Shown here piece by piece: positions 49,392 through 61,990 of a stretch of DNA of 64,000 nt. This DNA comes from Octopus sinensis (Eukaryota), in assembly GCF_006345805.1 (NCBI RefSeq), contig NC_043020.1, positions 11,036,001 through 11,100,000 of the forward strand, read 5' to 3'. Position 1 is the stretch's first letter. Each line of letters begins with the position of its first letter. Under the pieces are notes generated by a model. It saw only the letters and a list, made by a program, of their open reading frames with translations, was not told the origin of the DNA and did no database searches. The position numbers and the translations under genes were made by a program.

Positions 49392-49796
49392 TAGTAAGCA
49401 AACTACATAATTATGTGTGTGTTGTGTGATAAGTAGCTTGTTTACCAACCACATGGTTCAGGGTTCAGTCCCACTGCGTGGCACCTTGGGCAAGTGTCTT
49501 CTACTATAGCCTCAGGCCAACCAAAGCCTTGTGAGTGGATTTGGTAGACGGAAACTGAAAGAAGCCCGTCGTATATATGTATATATATATATGCGTGTGT
49601 GTGTCTGTGTTTGTCCCCCTAGCATTGCTTGACAACCAATGCTGGTGTGTTTATGTCCCTGTTACTTAGCGGTTCGGCAAAAGAGACCGATAGACTAAGT
49701 ACTGGGCTTACAAAAGAATAAGTCCCGGGGTCGAGGTGCTCGATTAAAGGCGGTGCTCCAGCATGGCCGCAGTCAAATGACTGAAACAAGTAAAAG

Positions 49797-49827
<31 letters not shown>

Positions 49828-50839
49828 TACACTATGCCCTCTTTTTTTCTCTCTTGATCAAATTCTGTCTCGATCCCTTTTTCTTAATTTCCCTACATTT
49901 ATTCCACCATTTTCTTCCCCCACACACTTCGATACCATCCCACAAATTTCCTCCTCTCATTCTTTCTATCTTTCATTCACTCTCTATACCTCTATTACAT
50001 TACTTCATCAACTCCCTCATCTCTATTCTAGGGTTTTATCTTTCTTCATCCACCTCTCCTTTCTTATTCACACTGTCTCTTCCTCTCTTACTTTTTTCTT
50101 AGTCTCTCTCTTTCTTTCCCCATATTTAACTGTCTGTTCACATGACTGCCTGTCTCACAAACTGCTGACTACCTTCCTTTCCTGTCTCTTATCTGTCTTA
50201 TCGACCCCTCTCTGTAATACTTTCTTCCTTTCTCTCTCTTTAACTCTCTCACCACTACTTCTGTTTTTGCTATCCATCATGACAGAAAAGGGAAAACTAA
50301 CCAACAGAAAGTTAAAATATGACTTAAGTATTTTGTATATTAAGATGGATGACTATATTGACTAGATTGCCAGGTGTTGTTACATACCACTGGCCATAAT
50401 GTATAACCTCACATTGTTACAGCCTTTGAATGATGTCACCCCACTGGTTAAGCAAGCAGACTGATATTACCTCTGAATGGCATGTCAGTCCAGCACAGAA
50501 CTGCCTATCTACAGCTGGGTTGACTGGAGCACCATGAAATGAAGTGTTTTGCACAAGAACTGAAACCATGACCTTGCAACTGTGAGTGCAGTGCCTCAAC
50601 CAGTAGGCCACACCACACACCTTCAGCATATGTGTGCATGTGTGTGAAAGTTAGTGTGTATCTGTAAAACAATTTCTAGTTTGTCTCTGAATAAGGAAAT
50701 CTGTGGTGAGGCAGCCCCTTACTACAATAATGTCGTAGAAGCTAGCAGATTTAATGGTAAAATAACGTACGCCCACAATACCCTACAGTGCCAAACCAAC
50801 GGAAGGTACCAATTCCAAATCTTTCTCTGGTTGACATCC

Positions 50840-51160
50840 TCTCTTGACTAAATGCTTCACACAACATTCTTCACTCCTGCTCCAGAGCGTCCGCTGCGGG
50901 GTCACTCCAAAAAGCTCTATCTGCGCCGATTTCATCTCAATCGAAGGAGAGGGGCTTTCTCCGTCCGGGTTACGGATCCGTGGAATAAGCTGCCGGTCGA
51001 GATAGTGAAGATGCCGACGACCGCTCGGTTCAAAATCTCCCTTGACCACAAGTGGCCTGAACTCTTTACATGAACACCACCCTGTACATAACTCCATGTA
51101 CCCCTACATGGCCTTGCTTTTTGCTTTTTGAGCCAAAAAATTAACTAACTAACTAACATT
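50840..51160 (+). mobile_element. CR1-clade LINE 3' end (LRGHSKKL...RRGAFSVRVTDPWNKLP...FKISLD) with (AACT)n tail
   Basis: CR1 C-terminal motifs RGH..KL, F..RV...WN.LP and FK..LD. Confidence 0.85.
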
Positions 51161-52658
51161 TGGGGAAAAATTGGGGTCTCTATGATCGTTGACACTTTTC
51201 TTAGCATCAGTTGATTAATACTTCCTTGTTAATCTTAAATGTTTAATAATTATCTGTTGGGGAATCCTAGATTAAATAACAGGACTAACTTGAAGAATGT
51301 TTTATCACACACACCTTTCACCTACCCCCACTCCAAAAAAAAGAAACTGAGCTCCACTGTAAATGTAGGAACACCAACAAATACCACAAAATATGTATTG
51401 TAATGTAGAAGATATATCATCTGTAAGTTGAGTCTGACATGGTCATTTTTCAATAGTATGATGGATGAAATAAATTCTAGTTGCTGGGGAGGGTAGAATT
51501 ACTAAAAATATATAGAGGCAGTGCTCTAGCAAGGTCACAGTCCAATGGCTGAAATCTGCAAACAAATATACTTTGGTTCCTAAATTACTATAGTAGTGGT
51601 GTGGTGTTGAGGGAAATGCTTTTTTTTCTTTTGCTTATGTTTGATACTTAGACATTTAAAGGAAAGTACGAACTTCCTTTCAATAGCCACACAAACTCTG
51701 TCTGGCTCTCTCTCTCTCTCTCTCTCTCCTTCAGAAGCAGTCTGTTCTGTTTCTATTGTGGCTGTAACCAGTAAGATTTTTTTGTGTGGTTCTCTTCTTT
51801 TGTCTTTGCATCTATTACAGGAGAGGGGTTTAACTATTATAAACTTGGGTTTTATTACATAAAATGCATGTGCATGCATACATACATACCTATATATACG
51901 CATATACATACATCTATATACACACACATGGGGTTTCTCTATATTTAGTCTACATATCATTTGATGTCTGCTTTGCCATGCTGACATGGGTTGGACAGAT
52001 CTATTCCAGTATATCATTTTTTTTTTCGTGATTTTTTCGAGTTGGAAACCCTTCCTTGTAGCAACCACTGCACAGCATGGACTGGGTATATTATACCGTG
52101 CTGCCAGACCTAGAGGTTATCTGCTGGGACCAAAACCTCTGGTCCGCTTTGTAGTGTATAAGATTTTATTCAAAGTTACTGCTCTCCTGGATCAGCTGCC
52201 CTCGCTGCAGCTTCTATAACCCTCATCTCCTCCATGCAGTTAACACAGACCCCTTTTTTCTTGCTGTCGGTGTTGTTCATAGTACCCAACTTCTTACAGA
52301 TGTAGCCTTTGTTATGGCTGAGAAGCCATGTCTCCAAGATGTTGAGAATACATTGAAATTGTCATGGCCAAATTTATTTACTATCACCAATCACTTTATT
52401 TCATGGATCTTGCTAATAAAAGTACTAAGTTTTTTTTTGTGCTAGGACTAAAGTCCTATATATATACACATGTATATTCCAAGTTCAAAAGAAGTTATGT
52501 CTGACTATTTAAAATAGCAATTTCAATGATAAGACTGAAAGCGAAGAGCCATAAACAAAGCAGAGTGTATTTTGTCAGACTAAAAGTAGGGGGTCATTAG
52601 ACAACCAAGCTGAATATTTCGCAGGGTTTGTTCCAATTTTGCACTCTAACAGATTCTA

Positions 52659-53360
52659 TTGTCAAAATCTGCCTTATGCAGGTACTCTCTTGTCGAAATC
52701 TGCCTTATGCAGGCACTCTCTTGTCGAAATCTGCCTTATGCAGGCACTCTCTTGTCGAAATCTGCCTTATGCAGGCACTCTCTTGTCGAAATCTGCCTTA
52801 TGCAGGCACTCTCTTGTCGAAATCTGCCTTATGCAGGTACTCTCTTGTCGAAATCTGCCTTATGCAGGTACTCTCTTGTCGAAATCTGCCTTATGCAGGT
52901 ACTCTCTTGTCGAAATCTGCCTTATGCAGGTACTCTCTTGTCGAAATCTGCCTTATGCAGGTACTCTCTTGTCGAAATCTGCCTTATGCAGGTATTCTCT
53001 TGTCGAAATCTGCCTTATGCAGGTATTCTCTTGTCGAAATCTGCCTTATGCAGGTACTCTCTTGTCGAAATCTGCCTTATGCAGGTACTCTCTTGTCGAA
53101 ATCTGCCTTATGCAGGTACTCTCTTGTCGAAATCTGCCTTATGCAGGTACTCTCTTGTCGAAATCTGCCTTATGCAGGTGCTCTCTTGTCGAAATCTGCC
53201 TTATGCAGGTATTCTCTTGTCGAAATCTGCCTTATGCAGGTACTCTCTTGTCGAAATCTGCCTTATGCAGGCACTCTCTTGTCGAAATCTGCCTTATGCA
53301 GGCACTCTCTTGTCGAAATCTGCCTTATGCAGGCACTCTCGTCGAAATCTCCCTCATGTA
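52659..53360. repeat. Minisatellite, 31-bp unit GTCGAAATCTGCCTTATGCAGGYACTCTCTT x ~22
   Basis: Seen directly. Confidence 0.96.
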
Positions 53361-54128
53361 GATACCTTGTTGTTAAGGTCAGCCCTGTCGGTATCTAACA
53401 TTTACTGTTGATGATCTGCAAGGCCGAGTTTACAAATGACGGTCTATTTTTGCACCATTTGTCTCTTTGGCAATGCCCCTCTTACCAATCCTCTGTGACC
53501 ACCCGTCTTGTATTGGGAAAGGTACATTGTCTAATAACTCTATATTTTTATATTTTGTCAAGTAACAAATCAAGCACTTAATTCTACTTGTTGAGTGATA
53601 ATTATTATTATTATTATTATTGAGTAGCATCTAGTCAGCTAAGCCCTGCTGTGAACAAGCCTTTAACAGAGAGACCACAAGTCATGCATATCAAATATAT
53701 AGTAGCCATCAGTTTTTGGCTGTGGCCATTACAATTTTATTGCCGAGGAAGGAGAGGAGGGGACATTTTAAATTCTGAGATTTAAGGACTTCGAGCACGA
53801 AGCCCTGGAGAATTTGTTGAACAATTTACATACTACATCAAGCAAGTCGATCGATGTGGTTGAAGTTGTATCGACAGCTCATGTGGTTCCTGGTTAAAGT
53901 CGCAGAACTATTGAGGTCAGGTGGTCCCTCACTGGTTCTACTTTTAAGGGAGACGTTAGGGTGAGTGTCAGGGATGTCACCTGACCATGGATAATGTTTA
54001 TAAGCTGTAACTATCCAACCCCTACTTGTATTGAGATTAAGAGTCCTATGTATGCATGCATGTGTGTATGTATGTATATATATATATGTATATATATTTC
54101 AGATTTATGTTTTACTGATATGATACAC

Positions 54129-54163
<35 letters not shown>

Positions 54164-54718
54164 TGTTGTGTGTGTGTATGATATACACACACATATATCT
54201 ATATATATATATATGTGTGTGTATATATATATATATATAAACATTTTTTTCCAAGTTTGGATAAGTTGTGTATAAATTGTAACTTGAAAAGAAACTAACA
54301 AAAGCAACTGTCGTTGGTTTACACAAAAAATATTTCAATGGGTTTTTTTTTTGCCTTTTTTTTTTTAAATAATTTTATTTTTTTCCTTTTCCACATTGAA
54401 TTTGCAGTTTGGCTGGTAAATTTGCTGTAAAGAAATTGTCTCATTTCATGCAAAAAAAAAAAACAAAAAAAAAAAAAGAAAGAAAAAAAAAAACGAAAGA
54501 AAAAGGAAAGGAAAAATATACCTCTTGTAAATAAATAATTTCTTTTTGACCAAATATTCAGAACTTCTGGGAAGTTTTAGTTGGTACCGGTGGGAGCAAC
54601 GGAATCGTAATGCGATTGTTAAAAAACAAAAAAATAAAAAAAAAAAACATGTTTAAACAATAAAAAACACATTGTCAATTCATGATGTATATAATAAAAA
54701 TGTGGACAAATGATTATG

Positions 54719-54763
<45 letters not shown>

Positions 54764-57064
54764 ACTACAACTACTGCTACTACCACCATTTTCTTTTCCC
54801 TTTCTGGAAAATCATTAAAAAAATTAAAACATTAGAAAAATGTCTTTTTTATGATCTTTTTTTTTTTTCTTTTTTATTCTTTTACTGGTTCCCATTGTTG
54901 GGCTGCAACCATCTTGAAGGGTTTCAGTAATATTCTTTATATTGCTTTTAAATTTTGGCACAAGGTCACCATTTTCAGTGGAGATTATAAGTCAATTACA
55001 TCAACCCTGGTGCTCCACTTGTTTTTGGAAGCACTCCGTCGGTTACGACGACGAGGGTTCCGGTTGATCCGATCAACGGAACAGCCTGCTCGTGAAATTA
55101 ACGTGCAAGTGGCTGAGCACTCCACAGACACATGTACCCTTAACGTAGTTATCGGGTATATTCAGCGTGACACAGAGAGTGACAAGGCCGGCCCTTTGAA
55201 ATACAGGTACAACAGAAACAGGAAGTAAGAGTGAGAGAAAGTTGCAGTGAAAGAGTACAGCAGGGATCACCACCATCCCCTGCCGGAGCCTCGTGGAGCT
55301 TTAGGTGTTTTTGCTCAATAAACACTCACAACGCCCGGTCTGGGAATCGAAACCGCGAGTCCGCTGCCCTAACCACTGGGCCATTGCGCCTCCACCGCTC
55401 AACTTGTATTTGCTTCATCAAAGATGAATGGCAAAGACAACCTCAGTGGAATTTAACCCTTTCGCATTAAGATTACTGTCGAATGTAATGCTTATTTATT
55501 CATATTGCATTGAATTAATTATAAAAATGATGAGTGGCTATGTGGTAAGTAGCTTGTTTACCAACCACATGGTTCCGGGTTCAGTCCCACTGCGTGACTA
55601 ACACCTTGGGCAAGTGTCTTCTACTATAGCCTCGGGCCGACCAAAGCCTTGTGAGTGGATTTGGTAGACGGAAACTGAAAGAAGCCCGTCATGTATATGT
55701 ATATGTGTGTGTGTGTATGTTTGTATGTCTGTGTTTGTCCCCCCAACATCGCTTGACAACCAAAGCTGGTGTGTTTATGTCCCCGTCACTTAGCGGTTCA
55801 GCAAAAGAGACTGATAGAGTAAGTACTGGGCTTACAAAGAATAAGTTCCGGGGTCGAGTTGCTCGATTAAAGGCGGTGCTCCAGCATGGCCGCGGTCAAA
55901 TGACAAACAAGTAAAAGAGTAAAGAGAGTTGCCCTTTTCAAATCTAGCCAGGCTCATGGGCCCAGTTTCTGTGGCATATATTTTCCCTCCCCAGCTGGAC
56001 GGGACGCCAGGCCATCGCAGCGTTACTCAAGAAACAGGAAGAGAGAGTGAGAGAAAGTTGTGGCAAAAGAGTACAATAGAGGTCGCCACCACCCCCTGCC
56101 AGAGCCTCGTAGAGCTTTTAGGTGTTTTCGCTCAATAAACACACACAACGCCCCAAGACTGTTCTGAATGATAAGATTATTTGTTTTTTTGTTGTTTTTT
56201 TTAAACCTTTTAACCCTTACCTGAGACCACCTGGTTGTATGATACAAATTTCCTGTTTTAAAGGAAATCATTATGATAACCTTACATAAATTACATGTTA
56301 ATTTATATTCCAAATACCATCTTAATGATGACAAAGTTATTTTACTAAATTCTTCAGGCTATAGTAGAAGACACTTGCCTAAGGTGTCAGTCACGCAGTG
56401 GGACTGAACCCGGAACCATGTGGTTGGTAAATTAGCTGACAGCTGCAGGAGAAATGTGAAGAATGAACTGAAGAGAGGAAGTAGATTTAGGCAGTTGTCA
56501 TTTCTCATTTGAAAGCATCTTCATAAAGTTCTGGCAAAATACTGTTTTTATCCAATGACAACAACACTTAACTGAACGTCTAGACGGAAGTAATCTGCAG
56601 AAATTTGGCATATGAGGAATCTGAAAATACAATCTTTTGTGATTCAACAAAGTTGAGATATGTAATTGCTTCTTATATTGGCACAAATCCACTAACTTCT
56701 CTAGAGTAGTAGTGTAGTAGCAGCAACAGCAACAATGTGGATGCGCAGTGGCCCAGTGGTTAGGGCAGCAGACTCGCAGTCGTAAGAACACGGTTTCGAT
56801 TCCCAGACCGGGCATTGTGAGTGTTTATTGAGCAAAAACATCTAAGCTCTGTGGGCGAAGGTGGTGAACCCCGCTATACTCTTTCACCACAACTTTCTCT
56901 CACTCTTTCTTCCTACTTCTGCCACAAAGCAGAGGAACCATGGTGTAACCCACTATGGTGTGGTAAACTTTCAGATCCTAGTCTAGATTGCGAATCCTCT
57001 GTACCCCAGGATGGTTCAGCTCTCCACCCATTAAAAGTCACCGTTTACGGAATGAGGATAATAA

Positions 57065-57297
57065 CTATTTCTTTACTACCCACAAGGGGCTAAACACAGA
57101 GAGGACAAACAAGAACAGACAAACGGATTAAGTCGATTATATCGACCCCAGTGCGTAACTGGTACTTATTTAATCGACCCCGAAAGGATGAAAGGCAAAG
57201 TCGACCTCGGCGGAATTTGAACTCAGAACGTAGCGGCAGATGAAATACCGCTAGGCATTTCATCCGGCGTGCTAACGTTTCTGCCAGTTCGCCACCT
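57065..57297 (-). mobile_element. SINE family B (tRNA-like head GGCGAGCTGGCAGAAACGTTAG...GAGTTCAAATTCC, core GTCGACTTTGCCTTTCATCCTTTCGGGGTCGAT, tail ...GTGGGTAGTAAAGAAATA); representative copy
   Basis: A/B-box-like motifs. Further copies or fragments at about 1345-2140, 2660-3095, 5185-5400, 5790-6205, 6700-6900, 7365-7517, 9240-9430, 13335-13485, 18515-18627, 19060-19720, 21890-22070, 31660-32060, 58330-58552, 58835-58980. Confidence 0.88.
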
Positions 57298-57476
57298 TCA
57301 GAATGAGGATAATAACGTAGCTTTCGCGCCGTGCAACCGCCAGTCTATCGCGTGTGGTGGGTGGATCTTCAAGTTGCCACACGCATTCTTAGTAGCTTAG
57401 AGTAGGCTCGAATTAGAGATTATTCTTTGTGGCTAATGGCATGAGTCCTGATTAGAAGAAGAAGACAGCAACAGTG

Positions 57477-57844
57477 TGGAAGCACTCCGTCGGTTACAAC
57501 GATGAGGGTTCCGGTTGATCCGATCAACGGAACAGCCTGCTCGTGAAATTAACGTGTAAGTGGCTGAGCACTCTACAGACACGTGTACCCTTAACATAGT
57601 TCTCGGGGATATTCAGCGTGACACAGAGAGTGACAAGGCCGGCCCTTTGAAATACAGGTACAACAGAAACAGGAAGTAAGAGTGAGAGAAAGTTGTGGTG
57701 AAAGAGTACAGCAGGGATCACCACCACCCCCTGCCGGAGCCTCGTGGAGCTTTAGGTGTTTTCGCTCAATAAACACTCACAACGCCCGGTCTGGGAATCG
57801 AAACCGCGATTCCACTGCCTTAACCACTGGGCCATTGCGCCTCC
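57477..57844 (-). mobile_element. SINE family C (tRNA-like head GGAGGCGCAATGGCCCAGTGGTTA...GGTTTCGATTCCC, core, tail ending GACGGAGTGCTTCCA); representative copy
   Basis: Same-tail copies at 29689-30068 (-), 42190-42565 (+) and 55026-55393 (-). Variant-tail or partial copies at 12078-12372, 55930-56152, 56738-56920 and 62634-63015. Confidence 0.88.
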
Positions 57845-60308
57845 ACACAGCAACAGTAATATTCAGCTGAATCTACAACAGAGTATTGCCTGATGTGTCT
57901 TTTATTGGTCCTGAAGGAATAAAAAATTAAACCTATCTCAGCTGGATTTGAACTCACATCTCAAAGTGAGATAAATTGGTGTACTATCAGGTATGCTATA
58001 GTTTTAGTCATTCCACTCATTAGGTTGGCACCAACAATAAATATTGATTTCTCGTGTTTTCACAAAACCTGGAAATTTGTAGAGAACAGGATGTGTATGT
58101 GGTCAATTGATATGACAGTATATTACTGGTATTTAGATTTTTTGCTGACTCTACTGGAATAAAACGCAAAGAAAAGTGGGCCACAGAAGATCTGAAAAGT
58201 GCATTCAGTTTCTAATTTAGGCTCAAGGGCCAACAATTTTAAAGGGAGAGGATTAGTCAAAATTGACTCCAAAAGATGAAAGGCTAAGTTAATCATGGTG
58301 GGATTTGAACTCAGAATGTAAAGAGATGAATCAAATATTCTTTTCTACTCTAGGCAGAAGGCCTGAAATTTTTGGGGAGGAGGCCAGTCAATTAGATTGA
58401 TCCCAGTATGCAACTGGTACTTGATTTATCAACCCCGATAGGATGAAAGGCAAAGTCGACTTTGGCAGAATTTTAACTCAGAACGTAACGACAGATGAAA
58501 TACCGCTAAGCATTTCGCCCTGTGTGCTAACGATTCTGCCAGCTCGCCACCTTAGATGAACCAAATGTTATAATTTAACATTGACTTTTCCCTGTTTGCA
58601 TGGATCAAGAGGAATTTACTGAATTTGTACAGCTGGATGCCCTTCCTGTTCCCAACCCTTAGTTGTTTCCAAGCATGATATTTTCTTGTAGTCAAACATG
58701 TTTTCATGGAAGGTTGGAAACCAGCAACTTTGTATGACAATGATGATGCATGTTTAAAACCATCACATGATGTCTAGATAATGATATGCACACACATATA
58801 TATATATATATATAATGGGCTTGTTTCAGTCTTTCAGGTCAACTTTGCCTTTCATCTTTCAGGGTCGATTAAATAAATACCAGTTACGCACTGGGGGCGA
58901 TATAATCGACTTAATCCATTTGTCTGTCCTTGTTTATCTCCTCTCTGTGTTGCCCCTTGTAGGCAGTAAAGAAATAATATGAAATAAGGCTTTAATAGAA
59001 GACACCTGCCCAAAGTGCCATGCTGTGGAATTGAACTTGAAACCATATGGTTGGGAAGCAAACATCTTATCCACACAACCAATTGTAAAGTTAAAAGTTA
59101 TTTTGAAACAAAAACAAAAAAATATTGACTGTATTTGATATTTTTATACAAATTTTATTTATTTTCTTTTGGGACAGTAAAGTACACAAAAATTAGTTAT
59201 GATATGTGAGTACCACAGCATGCACTGTACTCAAAAAAGTCAATAACTTATCTTGATGTTACTAAACACTGGAAATTTCCACCTCCAGAGGTAAACAAAA
59301 TCCATTCATTCAAGTTGACAGGAAAGAAAATAGATTTGGAATGAATGAAGAATAACAGAAACCTAAGACAGCATCAGCTGAGGTAAGGGGTAAGGCAATG
59401 AAAGAGATGCTGGGGTCCATTTTCTAAACTCTTAACTTTCGAGTCCATCTGACTGTGTTGACAAATCTTTTGGATGAAGATGGGCAGTTAGAGAAAGACT
59501 TCAAGTACAAGGCACACACACATACTGTCTCTTTGATAGCAACTTCATTATAAAATGTTAGAAAATCACACAAAAAAAAAAAAAAAATTCATGAAAAACA
59601 TGAAACCAGCGAAAGAGTCACTATACTGTCATTCAACCTAGTAGAAATAGCAGCCAAATTTCCCTCAAATCTGATCCTGCCATCTCAAAAATGGAAGGGT
59701 TACTTTGGCTAAGGATGATAAATCTTTGATTATAGTCTGCTCTACATAAAGAAAAAAGTTTCTTTTGAAGTCCTCAAATTAGTGAGGGAGTCTCTATGTG
59801 GTCACACAACATGCCAGAAATAGCAGCTAGATCTCTCTTAAATCCTTAAATCACATGCTGCCATCTTTAAAAAAAAAGTGTAATAGCTCATAGATAATAT
59901 ATTCTTTGATGGCTTGAAGTGTGTCTTAAAAACAAAAAGCAGATTATTCATGGCTTGATTATAGATCTGCTGAGTATGGGCTAACTTTGGACAAAACAAT
60001 GACAGCTGAAAATTAAAAAAAAAAATTAATAAAAAATTGTTGAAAATAAATGTCTGTCAATAACAATTTTTACAGGAAGTAAAGAGGAGAAAAAAACCCA
60101 TAAAAAATTACTCAGCCCCAAATGCGACGTTTATTTATTCATCTTGAATAACCCGTGTGTTATCTTGTAGCTTCAAGATACCAATGATGTGATTGCTTAT
60201 TTTCAGAATATGGGATTGGTATGAGAGATCGGATCCGGCAAGTTTGAGCATAAAATTCGGGCAAAATATTAGGGCTGGTTTAAATGCTAAAGGTTTAATT
60301 GGTAAACC

Positions 60309-60575
60309 TTAAATCTGCTCTTTGCTTACAACTTTTGGTGCTTTTGTGGATTTTGTTTTTTTTTTCGTTCTCTTACTTTTTCTAACTTTAACCTTTTTGG
60401 CCTTTACAACGATTTTCTTCTTCTTCTTGGCTTTTGTAACTTTTTTAACCTTTTTACTTGGTCTCCGGTAGCCTCGGATCAGATCCAGACGTCCCTCTTC
60501 CAGCATTAGTTTTTCCCAGTTCATCATTTGTATAGCATATTTCTCACGTTCCAACCGAGCTTCTTCATTATATAT
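60309..60575 (-). CDS. TFAM: Terminal exon of an HMG-box protein, most likely mitochondrial transcription factor A (IYNEEARLEREKYAIQMMNWEKLMLEEGRLDLIRGYRRPSKKVKK...EQI*)
   Basis: Acceptor tttctttttctttag, phase 0. Y...A.....Y...M..WE..M.E.GR.DL.R matches the end of TFAM HMG box 2 followed by a basic tail. Upstream exons were not found in the window. Confidence 0.78.
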   Translation of the reverse strand: MYNEEARLEREKYAIQMMNWEKLMLEEGRLDLIRGYRRPSKKVKKVTKAKKKKKIVVKAKKVKVRKSKRTKKKTKSTKAPKVVSKEQI

Positions 60576-60659
60576 CTAAAGAAAAAGAAATAAAAAGCGC
60601 CATCATGTTATAATACAAAGCTCGAAGAATGCTTTTGAGAATTCTTTAACCCTTTCAAT

Positions 60660-60920
60660 ACAATAATAATAATAATAATAATAATAATAATTGTGTACAG
60701 TGCTCAGGTGCACTACAACTCATCTAAAGTGTATATATAATCAGGTGTAGTTTCGGCGGATTTCGGAAAACATGAGGGCCTTAAAGGATGCAGTGTCATG
60801 GCAGTCAACAACTGACGCAGGCAGTTTATTCCATGCTTCAGCAACTCTGAGCGTGAAAAAATGTTTCCGAAAGTCATGGGAGCTGTGTTGTTTTCTGACT
60901 TTGTAGGCATGTCCACGTGT
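60660..60920 (-). mobile_element. CR1-like 3' end of a different subfamily (TRGHAYKV...FRKHFFTLRVAEAWNKLPASVV...FK) with (ATT)n tail
   Basis: Manual translation of the minus strand. Confidence 0.75.
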
Positions 60921-61249
60921 CCGCTGAAACTGGCTCTGGCTCTGAGTAAAAATGTCTTGTTTTCAAAAGTTTTGAATTAAAATCTTCCACCAAACCTTAG
61001 TCACAAGTCATGTTCCTAACACTAGCTTAATGGTAACCAAATTATTTTACTAAATTCTTTGTTATATTTAAAGTAATTGAAAGAAACACAGAGCATCTCA
61101 AAATAAATACAGTAACAAAAGGTTTAAAAAGCAAACTTTTCTTTGTGGAAAAAACAACTTTTTATAGGAAAAGCTAGACACGTTATTGTATTTTATTCTA
61201 AATTTATTCATTACCCTCTCTTCCTCTTTCTCTCTCTCTCTCCTTACCA

Positions 61250-61990
61250 TTGTCTTTACCATTCTTACTCTTTCTAAAAAGGTATGCTGGTTCGCTGCCA
61301 GAGGTAGCATCAACAAACATGACACTCTGGTATTTTTTGTTGTCATACCATGAGTTGGCCTTGTCATGGTATGACAACAAAAAGTACCAGAGCGGAGAAT
61401 TAGCATACCTTCTTAGAAAAACATTAGATAAGGCCAGTTTATGGATTAAAGTAGTAGAAAGGCCTGGTGCCCCTATAAAATCCCTGATCTGTAGAACTTA
61501 TCCAATCAATATGTTCCCATCCATGTACAGAGAACAACTGTATTGTATGTAGGATGAACCCACAGGTTAACTGTAAGGTTAGGTATATAGTGTATAGCTT
61601 ACAATGTACTGAGAGACTGTGCAGAAGCATGACAACTACTTACATTGGAGAGACAGCATGCAGCATAGGAGCACATATAGGTGAACACTGGCAGGAGCTC
61701 AATAAAGAGAATGGTTCATCAGTGCACTACCAACATGCTCAAGCAGAACACAGGGGCTCAGTGAATAGCATAGAGGTCAAAGTATTATCAACACATAGAA
61801 CTGATGCAACACTTAGATCACAGAGGCTAATCACAGCAATAGACCGGCTGAGACTCAACAGAAATTACAAATGGCTCAATAACACCCACCACCACACCAC
61901 ACATGATGACTAAAGGGAGAAAAAACAAAGCCAGATACAAGCAGTGTAATACACATACAATAGACATATATGCACATACCTATGATAGCT
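61250..61990 (+). mobile_element. Degenerate Penelope-like element fragment: RT-EN linker plus GIY-YIG endonuclease (IVYSLQC...YIGETACSIGAHIGEH...H...H...R)
   Basis: GIY-YIG motif VY...C...C...YIGET....R..EH, preceded by KVVERPG. The frame is broken. Confidence 0.75.

Noticed and set aside
52628-53411. 240-256-aa Cys/Leu-rich ORFs
   Set aside because: Artefact of a stop-free 31-bp tandem repeat cycling through the frames.
53700-53990. Moderately GC-rich stretch with a short open frame (FKDFEHEALENLL...)
   Set aside because: No splice context or recognisable homology, so it could not be assigned.
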